From assembly GCA_025358305.1 (NCBI GenBank), contig JANYJZ010000007.1, forward strand, positions 1,738 to 65,737: a stretch of 64,000 bases of DNA, in the 5' to 3' direction. Every line of letters starts with the position of its first letter. Positions within the stretch are counted from its first letter, which is position 1. The notes below the pieces were generated by a model. That model did no database searches. It was not told the DNA's origin and worked only from the letters and a program-made list of their open reading frames with translations. Source of the stretch: Ignavibacteriota bacterium (lineage in GTDB: Bacteria > Bacteroidota > Ignavibacteria > UBA10030 > SZUA-254). The position numbers and the translations under genes are program-made. Below are positions 38,834 through 49,800 of this stretch, in pieces.

Positions 38834-39040
38834 TCCGCAAAATGAAAGCCGGAAACGCTTCCGGTCACCGAACCGCCTCCCGAGCAATCCAATACCTTCC
38901 ACGCTTCCGGCTCCGTATGTCGAACGACCAGCGAGAGCTCGTTGGATCTCTTGTGGGGAAGGAACGGGATGACGCCCGAGAATGACGCACGCACGATTGT
39001 GTCTGACTGCCTCCCCCCCCATGCGAGACGAATGCTCTCA
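38834..39040 (-). ncRNA. Structured small RNA, 6S RNA-like candidate
   Basis: Promoter TTGACA-17-TATATT (39075-39047), terminator at 38785, no credible ORF. Manual folding gives a closing stem, a central bubble and a long terminal rod that depends on G-U pairs in this orientation. Confidence 0.45.
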
Positions 39041-39116
39041 CATAAAAATATACGGACGGCCGAGGCCGATGTCAAGGAAATAATGGAAGGTACAGCGGGC
39101 GGGATGAAAAAAAGTT

Positions 39117-39848
39117 CTAGTCGACGCGCGCGCGCAAGGTTGTGTACGCGTTCATGACACGGTCGACGTACGTGATCGTCTGACGGGAGCTACCGTAATA
39201 TCCGTACTTCGGATGTGCGTCGTTCCAGACGAGCGCGTGGAGCGAGTAGTAGCGTTTCGACAGGAGCGGCAGCGCCTTTGCGACCGCGCGCCAGCTCGAC
39301 GGGTCCTCGCCCATGTAGGCGGCGAGTTCTTGGGCGTCGTAGACCCTGGAGGGACCTGCGTTGTAGGCGGCAAGTGCGAGACTCACGCGGTCGTCCGGCG
39401 TGGCGTTCTTGAAGAGCCGGCTTAGCTTTGCGAAGTAGTAGATCCCGGCGCGCAAGTTCTCGCGCGGGTGACTCGGATCGAGGATCTCGAGCTGCGAGGT
39501 GATCTCGGCGTTCGTCACCGGCATGATCTGCATCATGCCTGAGGCGCCACGGCCGCTCAGGGCCTCGGGGTCGAAGCGCGACTCCTGGTGGATGATGGCC
39601 AGGACGAGCCGGTAGTCGACGCCGTACTCGTCGGCGTATTTGCGCAGGCTGGTGAATGCTTCGCGGTCCATGTTCTCCGGAAGCGCGGGCACGAAAGAAG
39701 CCTGCAGTATCCGGACGTCCCCTCTCGGGGCGTTGTCGGAGTGCGAGATCTCTGCCGGAATCATCGGAATGGCGATCAAGACCATGTTGCAGACGACCGC
39801 AGCAAGGACGAGGAGCGCGTGGTTCCCGGTATGGAGTAGTGTTTTCAT
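39117..39848 (-). CDS. SLT-domain lytic transglycosylase (MltF-catalytic-like)
   Basis: IIHQESRFDP, GASGMMQIM, ENLRAGIYY, ALAAYNAGP; N-terminal hydrophobic helix. Confidence 0.9.
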   Translation of the reverse strand: MKTLLHTGNHALLVLAAVVCNMVLIAIPMIPAEISHSDNAPRGDVRILQASFVPALPENMDREAFTSLRKYADEYGVDYRLVLAIIHQESRFDPEALSGRGASGMMQIMPVTNAEITSQLEILDPSHPRENLRAGIYYFAKLSRLFKNATPDDRVSLALAAYNAGPSRVYDAQELAAYMGEDPSSWRAVAKALPLLSKRYYSLHALVWNDAHPKYGYYGSSRQTITYVDRVMNAYTTLRARVD

Positions 39849-39938
39849 GGATATAATATAGCTTACGGCCAGATCGTGTCAAACGGCCTGCGTCACACAG
39901 TCGTGCCGAACGGGTAAAACGGTGCCCCTGTTGCCTCG

Positions 39939-40604
39939 CTAGGAGCCTTGAGCGCGCTTTTCTATCTCCTCGATTTTCGCGATTCTCTTCTGGTGACGGC
40001 CCCCGCCGAAGTTCGTCTCGAGCCACGACTTCACAATGGCCTTTGCGAGCTCGATTCCAAGGGTTTTACCCCCCAATGTGAGGACATTTGCGTCGTTGTG
40101 TTCCCGGCTGGACTTGGCCGTGAACTCGTCCGAGCAGCAGGCGGCCCGAACGCCGTGGATCTTATTGGCCACCATCGCAGATGCGATGCCGACCGAATCG
40201 ATCATGATCCCCTTCCCGGCTTGGCCCAGGGAGACCATGCGCGCCACCGCGTAGGCGAAATCAGGGTAATCGCACGCCTCTTCCGTATACGTGCCGAGAT
40301 CGACCACCTTGTACCCCATCTGTTCGATGAAGGGACGCAAGTGCTCTTTCATCGGAAAGCCGCCGTGGTCGCTCCCAATGGCGATCTGCTCGCGCCCACC
40401 CTTGCCCGGCCCCTGAACTCCGGTGGCGGGCATGGTGGAACGGGCCTGATCGGCCTTGCGCTCGACGAACGTCAGCCCGAGCTGCCGGGCGCGGTCTGTG
40501 GCAGCGCCGGTGACGATCGCCCCGGGTTCCACCGTGAGGGTCTTCTGGCCCTTCTTGACGGCGTCAAGGACACTTTGTTCAGATATGAGGATTTTCTTCG
40601 GCAT
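39939..40604 (-). CDS. rpiB: RpiB/LacAB-family sugar-phosphate isomerase with N-terminal extension
   Basis: IAIGSDHGG, DYPDFA, ANKIHGVRAA, REHNDANVLTLG, GGRHQKR; catalytic loop reads DSVGIAS. Confidence 0.85.
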   Translation of the reverse strand: MPKKILISEQSVLDAVKKGQKTLTVEPGAIVTGAATDRARQLGLTFVERKADQARSTMPATGVQGPGKGGREQIAIGSDHGGFPMKEHLRPFIEQMGYKVVDLGTYTEEACDYPDFAYAVARMVSLGQAGKGIMIDSVGIASAMVANKIHGVRAACCSDEFTAKSSREHNDANVLTLGGKTLGIELAKAIVKSWLETNFGGGRHQKRIAKIEEIEKRAQGS

Positions 40605-40616
40605 CGGTCGTCATCG

Positions 40617-41063
40617 TTATCGTAGTGAGTCCACCCGGCCCAGCTGGAGCACCTGAAGGGCAACGGGAGCCGTTCCGGGTCCGATCATGTCGATCGCTTT
40701 GGCCGCCTCGAGCGAGAGGTCGATGACCCGGTCGTCTTTGAAGGGGCCGCGGTCGTTGATCCGGACGGTGACATTCTTGCCGTTGGATTTGTTCGTCACC
40801 AGGACCGTCGTACCGAACGGCAGGGTGCGGTGCGCGGCCGTCAGCTGGTGCATGTCGTACGTCTCGCCGTTCGACGTCTTGCGTCCGTTGAATTTATCGG
40901 CGTAGTAGGAGGCGACGCCTTGCTCCGCGAGCGCGTAGGTCCCGCTCGTCGCCCCCGCAGCGGAGTCGGCCCGTGAGAACGTGAACCGCGGGGACGATCC
41001 CGTGCAACCCCCGACAATCAGCGCGACCAAGCCCAGGGCCGAACATACGAAATATTTCAACAT
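40617..41063 (-). CDS. rlpA: RlpA-family lytic transglycosylase lipoprotein (148 aa, no SPOR domain)
   Basis: True start ATG 41063 overlapping the upstream TAA; lipobox LIVGGC; [29 protein letters not shown]. Confidence 0.9.
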   Translation of the reverse strand: MLKYFVCSALGLVALIVGGCTGSSPRFTFSRADSAAGATSGTYALAEQGVASYYADKFNGRKTSNGETYDMHQLTAAHRTLPFGTTVLVTNKSNGKNVTVRINDRGPFKDDRVIDLSLEAAKAIDMIGPGTAPVALQVLQLGRVDSLR

Positions 41064-42151
41064 TAAAGAAATTCGCCCATCTGTTTCCGGCGGAGGTAAT
41101 CCACGACCTCCTTCACGTCCTGGGAATGCCCCTGCTTGCAGACGAGGACCCCGTTGTCCGTGGCGATGATGATGAGCCCTTCGACGCCGATCGTCGCGAC
41201 GAACTTGTCGCCCGAGTAGATGAGGGTGTTCTTCGTCTCCTGGAGGAACGCCTTCCCCGTGACGGTGTTGCCCAGGTCGTCCTTGCCGGAGATCCGGCAG
41301 ACCTCGTCCCAGGACCCGACGTCGCTCCAACCGAAGTTCCCCTTGATGACGTAGACGTCCCGGGACTTCTCCATGACGCCGTAATCGATGGAGATGTTCC
41401 GGATGATCCGGTAGGCGGTCTCGACCGCCTGCTCGTACTTTTCGCTCCCGATCCACTCGTCGACCTTCGCGAGCTCCTCGTACATCTCCGGCAAGAGGTG
41501 CTGGATCTCCCGGAGGATCGTGTCGGCCCGCCAGACGAACATGCCGCTGTTCCAGAGGAAATCGCCCGACTGGAGGAACTGACGCGCCGTCTGGAGGTTC
41601 GGCTTCTCGGCGAACGTCTTCACCCGGTAGACGCCGCGGGAAAAGTAGGGGTTCGTGCCGTCGTCCTCGTCCACGACCTGGATATAGCCGTAGCCCGTCT
41701 CCGGACGCATCGGCTGGATCCCGACCGTGATCATCTTGCCCGACTCGTACGCGACCCATATCGCGAGGTTGAGGATCCGGCGGAACTCCGCCTCGTCGGC
41801 CATGAGGTGGTCCGCCGGGAGGACGACCATGACCGCTTCCGGATCGAGCCGGCGCACGAACAGGGCCGCCAGGCCGATGCACGGCGCCGTGTTCCTGCCG
41901 ATCGGCTCCACGATGATGTTCTCCGCCGGAATGTGCGGCAGCTGCTTCACCACGAGGGGCTTCTGCAGCTTGCTCGTGACGACGAGGATGTTGTGGGGCT
42001 CGATGAGGTCGCTGACGCGCTTCACCGTATTCTGGATCATCGTCCCCTTGTTGACGATCTCCAGGAGCTGCTTCGGCGAGCGCTCGGTGCTCCTCGGCCA
42101 GAACCGCGTTCCGACACCGCCGGCCATGATCACCGCATACACGTTTGGCAT
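41063..42151 (-). CDS. manC: Mannose-1-phosphate guanylyltransferase
   Basis: [12 protein letters not shown]....[44 protein letters not shown]. Confidence 0.92.
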   Translation of the reverse strand: MPNVYAVIMAGGVGTRFWPRSTERSPKQLLEIVNKGTMIQNTVKRVSDLIEPHNILVVTSKLQKPLVVKQLPHIPAENIIVEPIGRNTAPCIGLAALFVRRLDPEAVMVVLPADHLMADEAEFRRILNLAIWVAYESGKMITVGIQPMRPETGYGYIQVVDEDDGTNPYFSRGVYRVKTFAEKPNLQTARQFLQSGDFLWNSGMFVWRADTILREIQHLLPEMYEELAKVDEWIGSEKYEQAVETAYRIIRNISIDYGVMEKSRDVYVIKGNFGWSDVGSWDEVCRISGKDDLGNTVTGKAFLQETKNTLIYSGDKFVATIGVEGLIIIATDNGVLVCKQGHSQDVKEVVDYLRRKQMGEFL

Positions 42152-42163
42152 TCGTATCCCCCT

Positions 42164-43276
42164 TTAAATGACGACGCGCGGAACGCGCGCCGCTACCGCT
42201 GTGAAGATCTCGTATGGGATCGTGCCGAGCTTGCCGGCGAGGTCCCAGGCGCTGATCGTCTCCGCGCCGTCCGACCCGATGAGGACGACGTTGTCACCGA
42301 CCCGGACCGTGCTCTCCGGACCCAGGTCGACCATGAGCTGGTCCATGCAGATCGTACCGACGGCCGGATAGCGCCTGCCGCCGATCAGGACGTCGGCCTG
42401 GTTCGTCAGGTTACGGCTGAACCCGTCGCCGTAGCCGATCGGGACGGTCGCGATCTTCGTCTTCCTGATGGTACGGTACCGAAGGCCGTAGCTCACGCCG
42501 ATACCGGCGTCCGCCTCCTTGAGGAAGACCACTGTTGATTGCAGGCTCATGACCGGCCGGATCGCGATGCTCTCGGAGGTCTCCCGGGACGGGTACGCCC
42601 CGTAGGACATGATGCCGGGCCGGACCATGGAAAAGTACGACTGGGGAAGGTCAAGGACCGCCCCGCTGTTCGCCATGTGCGCCATCGGGACCGGGTACCC
42701 TTTCTGTCGGGCGTAGGCGAGCACGCGTTCGAAGCGTTCGAGCTGGACCAGGGCGAACGTCTTGTCCTTCTCATCCGACGTCGCAAAGTGGCTGTAGATC
42801 CCGACCAGTTCGATGTGCCGGAGCTTGACGAGGCGGTCGAGGACATAGGGCGCGTTCTCGCTCCGAACCCCGATCCGTTCCATCCCCGTGTCGACCTTCA
42901 GGTGGACCTTTGCCTTGCCGGCACCGTGGAGGGCCGCCTGGCGGTCGATCCACTCCCCGATCTCCAGGGAACTCACCGTGATGTCGAGGTCGAACTTCAG
43001 AAAATCATGGACCTGGCTTCCAAGGACGCCGCCCAAGACGAGGATCGGATGGCTGATGCCGTGGTTCCTGAGGGCGATCCCCTCCTCGAGGAACCCGACG
43101 CCCAAGTATTCGACGCCGTATTCGACCATGATGTCGGCGATCTCGGCCATCCCGTGGCCGTACGCATTCGCCTTGACCACTCCCATGATCTTCACCCCGG
43201 GGCCGATCTTCGAGCGGATGCCGTCGAGGTTGAACCGGAGCGCCGGAGCGCTGATCTCTGCGCGCGTCGGACGCAT
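42164..43276 (-). CDS. alr: Alanine racemase
   Basis: [42 protein letters not shown]. Confidence 0.97.
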   Translation of the reverse strand: MRPTRAEISAPALRFNLDGIRSKIGPGVKIMGVVKANAYGHGMAEIADIMVEYGVEYLGVGFLEEGIALRNHGISHPILVLGGVLGSQVHDFLKFDLDITVSSLEIGEWIDRQAALHGAGKAKVHLKVDTGMERIGVRSENAPYVLDRLVKLRHIELVGIYSHFATSDEKDKTFALVQLERFERVLAYARQKGYPVPMAHMANSGAVLDLPQSYFSMVRPGIMSYGAYPSRETSESIAIRPVMSLQSTVVFLKEADAGIGVSYGLRYRTIRKTKIATVPIGYGDGFSRNLTNQADVLIGGRRYPAVGTICMDQLMVDLGPESTVRVGDNVVLIGSDGAETISAWDLAGKLGTIPYEIFTAVAARVPRVVI

Positions 43277-43345
43277 CAGCGTACGCCGTGCGCGAAGTGA
43301 ATCGTATGCCGTAGGGCCGCGGGTTGGTCGGTCATGTTGGAGAAA

Positions 43346-43374
43346 AATATACGGTTTATCACCCTGAATGTCAA
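43346..43374 (-). promoter_or_regulatory. Sigma70 promoter of the alr-manC-rlpA-rpiB operon
   Basis: TTGACA-17-TATATT. Confidence 0.7.
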
Positions 43375-43420
43375 CGAGTTCTTCAGGTGTGATTTCTTCG
43401 TGTGCGGGGAGGGTTCAGGG

Positions 43421-43465
43421 AGAAATGAAAGCCCCGCGCCTCTGGTGACACTGGGGCGCGGGGCT
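43421..43465 (-). terminator. Terminator after atpC
   Basis: agccccgcgcc / ggcgcggggct stem, then TTCATTTCT. Confidence 0.75.
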
Positions 43466-43494
43466 CGGGATAAAACGTCCACAATTGCGGGAGC

Positions 43495-43905
43495 TCAAAC
43501 GTTTCGGGCGACCTTGAGGCGGTTGAGCGCCCGGCTCAGAGACGCTTGGGCGCGCGCGACATCGCACTCCTCCTTGTGCTCGGCGATGCGCTTCTGGGCT
43601 CGGTCCTTCGATGCTTCCGCCCTCGCCTTGTCGATCTCGGTCGAGTGCTCGGCGGTCTCCGCCAGCAAGACGACATGGTTCTGCTTCACGTCGACGAACC
43701 CGCCGCTGGTGGCGTAGCGCAGATCGTTCCCTTGCGGATCCTGGATCTTCACTTCGCCGACGCCGATCTCCGACAGGAGCGGCGCGTGGTTGAAGAGCAC
43801 CTGAAACCCGCCCATGGTCCCCGGCGCGCTGAAACTCACCACGTCGCCGTTGTAGACCACCTTTCGCGGCGTGACGATCTCGAGCTTGAATGCCTTGTCC
43901 GCCAT
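43495..43905 (-). CDS. atpC: ATP synthase F1 epsilon subunit
   Basis: LEIVTP, FNHAPLL, SGGFVDV, ILAETA-like LLAETA, RALNRL. Confidence 0.96.
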   Translation of the reverse strand: MADKAFKLEIVTPRKVVYNGDVVSFSAPGTMGGFQVLFNHAPLLSEIGVGEVKIQDPQGNDLRYATSGGFVDVKQNHVVLLAETAEHSTEIDKARAEASKDRAQKRIAEHKEECDVARAQASLSRALNRLKVARNV

Positions 43906-43911
43906 ACGCTC

Positions 43912-45327
<1,416 letters not shown>

Positions 45328-45664
45328 TTATAAAGAAAATTCCATCTTTTTAGTCTCTATCCGCTGATTACTGCAGACTGCCCCACTGCGGGGGTGAACC
45401 GAGAAGGGTTAGAGTGAGAAGAGGTTGAAAATGCGGGCATAATATAGGAATTTCGGCACAAAGAAGCAATGATTTTTGCAGAATGGTCATGGCGCATTAT
45501 GAAATAGAACGCTCCACATCTGCAGAGAGAACAAAACGAGGGCATCTCTGGGAAGTACGAAGGACTTTTGCGAGGGAAAGCTCGTCCCCAGCGAATCGGG
45601 ACGGAGAAGGTTACCTGCTGAGCGTTGTCGAGCCCAGACAATCATCGAGTTCGTGGGTGAGGGG

Positions 45665-46030
45665 TTATTCGCGTATAAGTGATTCTGCCGGAATTCCCCA
45701 CTCTCGATTGAGATTTCTCACCATAGTCAAGCTGAGAGTTCGCTTCTTTTTGAGTATTTCTGACACTCTACTCTTTCCGCCGAGAAGGGGAGCCAGTTCT
45801 TGTGTCGTATATCCGAGTTGTTCCATACGAAACTTGATCGCTTCAACTGGATCAGGGTTTTCAATAACAAAATGGTCGTCCTCATATTTTTCAACTAAAA
45901 TAGAAAGAATCTCTAAGAGGTCGCCTTTTTCTGTGTTTGGCTTTGCATCCAGCAATTGGTCGATAAGTCGTAGGGCCGATGCATGCTCCCTTTTCGTCTT
46001 TATTGTCCTTACTCGTACAGTGTTTTTCAT
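45665..46030 (-). CDS. higA: HigA-type HTH antitoxin
   Basis: LEILSILVEKYE, PDPVEAIKFRMEQ, GGKSRVSEIL..KR.LSL.M.R.L...WGIPAESLI. Confidence 0.92.
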   Translation of the reverse strand: MKNTVRVRTIKTKREHASALRLIDQLLDAKPNTEKGDLLEILSILVEKYEDDHFVIENPDPVEAIKFRMEQLGYTTQELAPLLGGKSRVSEILKKKRTLSLTMVRNLNREWGIPAESLIRE

Positions 46031-46320
46031 ATGGTCAGCGCGTCTATTGTGTCGTATATTTTATGTGTGTCAATAAATCTTATTTATACAATCCCAAATT
46101 CGTACTTTACAATAACAACAAGTCGATACTTATTTCCTGCTATATTGAAAACTACCCGCTCCTTCTGTAATATGCTTGCAGTAGCATATAGGCTCTTGAT
46201 TTGAACCGGCGTTTTCCAGTTATCCCTTTTTGCTTCCTTAAACCAAGCCCTCAAGGGTTGTTCTGCATCCCTGTGCTTCTCCCAAAACTCAACTAACCTG
46301 GAACGGGAAATTACTCGCAT
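46027..46320 (-). pseudogene. higB: HigB toxin with premature stop
   Basis: MRVISRSRLVEFW...W..P...VVFNIAGNKYRL...GIV, then TAA at 46086-46084, then in-frame IRFIDTHKIYDTIDA up to a TGA overlapping the higA ATG. Confidence 0.85.
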
Positions 46321-46330
46321 TCTGTCACCC

Positions 46331-46439
46331 ATTCCCATTTTGGGAACAATGAAAGAAACAGTATATCTGATAGAATGTCAAGTGGCTGGTGCGCTAATCT
46401 CTGCATAATTATCAACATACTGGTTCCCAAAATGGGAAT
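46331..46439. promoter_or_regulatory. Two palindromic operators upstream of higBA
   Basis: attcccattttgggaac (46331-46347) and its exact reverse complement gttcccaaaatgggaat (46423-46439), each TTCCCA-N3-TGGGAA. Confidence 0.75.
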
Positions 46440-46483
46440 ATTCGTTTAGAATCACGGCTTTCTTAAATTATAAATATTCTCTT

Positions 46484-46751
46484 TTAGTGATGTCGAGCTA
46501 GGAATCTCCGTTTGTGCGCGGCTTTCACTTTCCTGTGAATCCCAAGGAATTCCTCCCAAGTCCACAAATACTCAGTTAATCCTTCTTCCAGAGCGGAGGT
46601 TACTCTGATCGTTTCGTCAAGCCGTATGGAGTTGTACTAGGAAGAAGTGAATTGCAAGTGCCACGTGTAACTGCTCCCAGTTCTTAGAATAAGCGTTCGT
46701 TAATCGGGTAAATCTACGCATCTGCATACGCAGAGTCAAGTTCTGGGATCG
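46484..46751 (-). pseudogene. C-terminal fragment of an IS1-like DDE transposase, frameshifted
   Basis: QNLTLRMQMRRFTRLTNAYSK...ALAIHF, then a frameshift and TAG near 46640, then YNSIRLDETIRVTSALEEGLTEYLWTWEE. Confidence 0.8.
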
Positions 46752-46891
46752 GTACACAACGACGGGCGGAAAAGCGACGGATTCAAACCGAGGCAGTACC
46801 TGCGGAAGCGAGTCATTGTCCGGACTCCGGTCCGCTCGCGGCGCCCTGGCGCGACCGGCCGGGACGGGCCGCTCTGTATCAAGCGTGCCAT

Positions 46892-49800
46892 TCACCTCAT
46901 GAGCAGCATCTTCTTCACATCGGCGAACGTGCCGGCTTGCAATCGGTAGAAATAGACCCCGCTTGGAAGGGCGCGCGCATCGAAGGTCGCCTCATGAAGT
47001 CCAGCGGCCTGGAACTCATCGATGAGCACGCCGATTTTCTGGCCTAACGCGGTAAAGATCTCCAATCGCACCGCACTCGAACGAGGCAGCCCGTAGGAGA
47101 TCGTCGTCGTCGGGTTGAACGGGTTCGGGTAATTTTGCCCAAGCTGAAAGCGCGCAGGAGTGGAACTCTGCGCGTTGAGCCTCAGAGTGATCCGAGAGGC
47201 GGGCTTCGCCAACTCCACGGTCGCACCCGCCTTCAGTGCGAACGCCTCCTGGCTCACTTCGAGCAAAGCATCGATCGCCACGGCCGCTGTGTGCAGCGTG
47301 AACCTGATCGGGTAGTGTGCGGACGAGACGCTCACCGGGAACTCCTGGCTCTTCCCCGGCGCGGTAGCGACGAGCATGTGGCCAGAAGAGAACCTCGCAT
47401 CAAACGCATCGCCGGGAGGAGCCGGAGGCAAAGACAACCTCTCCGGCCATTGTCCGGCCTCATGCCCGTCGATGAAGTAGAGCCGTTGCGTTCTTCCGAG
47501 GGCGTCGGCGATCGCGAGGAAATTGGACCGCGACAAGATGTCCTCCGCAGCTGGTTTCAGAGGCGGCCCAGCTGGTCCGCTCCCCACGACGAGCTCCCCC
47601 GCCTGGGTCGCCCTGACCCAGTAGGCATGTCCGGCGGCGATGGAATCCGCGATATAATATGTTCGGTCAAAGCCGAAGAAAGGGGAGCCGAGGATCCCCG
47701 GAGGAATGGTGAGGAGAGCGCCCACGGCGACGTTGTTGGTGATCGATCCGACGATGTTCCAGCCCGCGTTCACACTCGACGTCTCTCGTGCGAGAGGGTA
47801 ACCGCTGAAGGCGATGCTCGAGTCCAGGAGTTTTGTCCAGTAGCCTCTGCCGTTCAGAAGCGTATCACGCTGGACGTAGGACGATGAAAACTCAAAGAGC
47901 GGAGAGAGCGTCATGGGGCATCCGGTGACCGGCAAGGACACCAGCTGCCAATCGGTCCCGTAACTCGCCGTCATGGAGATCGCCCCGCTGTCCGCGCCGA
48001 TCCCGATCCCCGAGACAGTCAAGGTGTCCGGAGCGGCTTTTGCCGAGTGCGCGACGATGATGTTGCCGGCCTTCGAGCCCTGGCTTCCCGGATGAAACGT
48101 GATCTCAAATGACCCTTCGGCGAGCGGTTCGATGATCCGGGACGCCGGTGAGACCGTAAAATCGGGATCATCGGACGCGATCGACCGCACGGTGAGCGCC
48201 ACCGCGGGATCGGTGTTCTTCAGGGAGAACCGCTTCGTCGAGCGACAGGCGGCGCTCACGGTGCCGAATGCGAAGTTCACGGCGGAGAATGCAGGGCCGG
48301 GAACTTCGAACGCCGGCTCGATCATGTCATCGAGGACATTGCCTGTCGAATCGCGCATAACGATCCTCAGGGAATAGTAGCCGCCCGGCAGGCCATCCGG
48401 CAATCGCGCACGATATGTGCTATCCTGGATCGTGAGAGCCAACGGCCGCCATGACGCATCACCGAGCAATCTCATGAACGTCTCTACCGACGCGACCCCC
48501 GAGGCATGCGCGACGAACGGGTCGGCGACCGAGAACACAACCTCGTTCGCGCTGCCGTTGAGAAGGACGTCCGTCGCCGTCCCGTCGGAAAAGATCTCCA
48601 AGCGTGTCAGGGCGGGGGGATTCTTGTCGAGCGCCCCCAGATCGAAGTCGAGCGTCACCGTCTCGGCTCCCCGGACGTTGCCGATCGAGTAATCGCCGTA
48701 CGTCGCGCGCAAGCGATAGGGCCCGGGCGTGATGGTCGCGATATTCCCCGGGTCGCCGGCGCAGACACCGGTGCCGATGCAGTATCCGTTCAGGAACGTC
48801 CCCGTCCGGATCACCGAATCGCCGCGCAACAGGACATACGGGAACAGACTGAACGAGAGATCTCCATGCGGGGAGACGAAGTACCCCTTCGAATTGAGCT
48901 GGCCTGGCCCCAGGGAGACCACCGATGCGGTGTTCCAGGTCCTTCCGATCCAGAGAGGCGCTCCTTCGCCGACGGGGATGTTCACCGGACCGGCGGTGGT
49001 CGTCAAGAGCGGGTTCGCGGTGTTCCCCTCGTTGTAGAACTTCACCGTGTCCGGGTCGCTCACGACGGCGATCCCGGTCCGATAGAGGACAGGATCCGTC
49101 GAAAAGAACGGGTCGGCCCCGGAGCTCACCGTCTGATAGGCGTAGAGGTACTGCTGAAGCGCCTCGGGGACCGCGCTGGGAGACGAGACAGGCGCGACAT
49201 ACGACGTCGCATGGAACGGCCGCGCAAGGACCTGGGAAAACCAGCCGTTGGTCTCATTGAACACGTGGACTTGAGCGAGGTTCGCCGGGGCAGGATACGT
49301 GTAGTCGAGCTGCTTCCACCTCCCGGAGTCGTTCTGCAGGAGCGTGTCGTTCGAGATCCCGCCGGCGATGACAAAGGGCATGGCAGCGAAGTCCCCGGAG
49401 GGAAAGACCGAGGAGACCTTGCTGAAGTAGGTATAGTCCGCGCTCACGTCCGAGACGAAGAACGGGGTCTCGTACGGGTAGCCGATGAACAGCCACCCGA
49501 TGGTCACGTCGGTGCTCTTCGCGCCTTTCGGCACGATGTACCGGTTGAAGATATTATTGCCGAAGGCCGTGTTGTTCCCCGCAAGATCGTTCGAGCGAAG
49601 CACGATCTGGTGGCGCGCCTCGGACGAATTGATCATCACGAGGCTCGTGCCGTTCTGAACGACGTGCTCTCGCAGGACAGCGTGCGCAAAGTCGAAGTCC
49701 ACCAGGATATCGTACGTGTCGTTCGGAAGGAGGAGCACAAGACTGTCCGCGATGGAGCCCTCCTTGATGAGGTACTTGCCCTTCTTGTTCTGAATGAACA

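Larger units (their letters stand above)
45480..46755. mobile_element. AT-rich decayed island carrying higBA and an IS1-like transposase fragment
   Basis: Sampled lines 33-48% GC versus about 65% in flanking genes; TA module plus transposase remnant; boundaries approximate. Confidence 0.65.

Noticed and set aside
38735-39022. 95-aa ORF inside the candidate sRNA
   Set aside because: Starts within a few nt of the predicted TSS region in a G run, crosses the terminator and overlaps pdaD antisense; no protein-like features.
37494-39116. tmRNA next to smpB
   Set aside because: No tRNA-like ends (terminal TCCACCA, T-loop) in the flanking intergenic DNA.
40617-41882. 421-aa ORF in the track
   Set aside because: Only the last 148 aa are RlpA; the rest is an alternative frame of manC.
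46084-46086. Stop-codon reassignment or readthrough in higB
   Set aside because: TAA ends many genuine genes in this window (for example polA-region neighbours, rpsB, rlpA), so a nonsense change is simpler.
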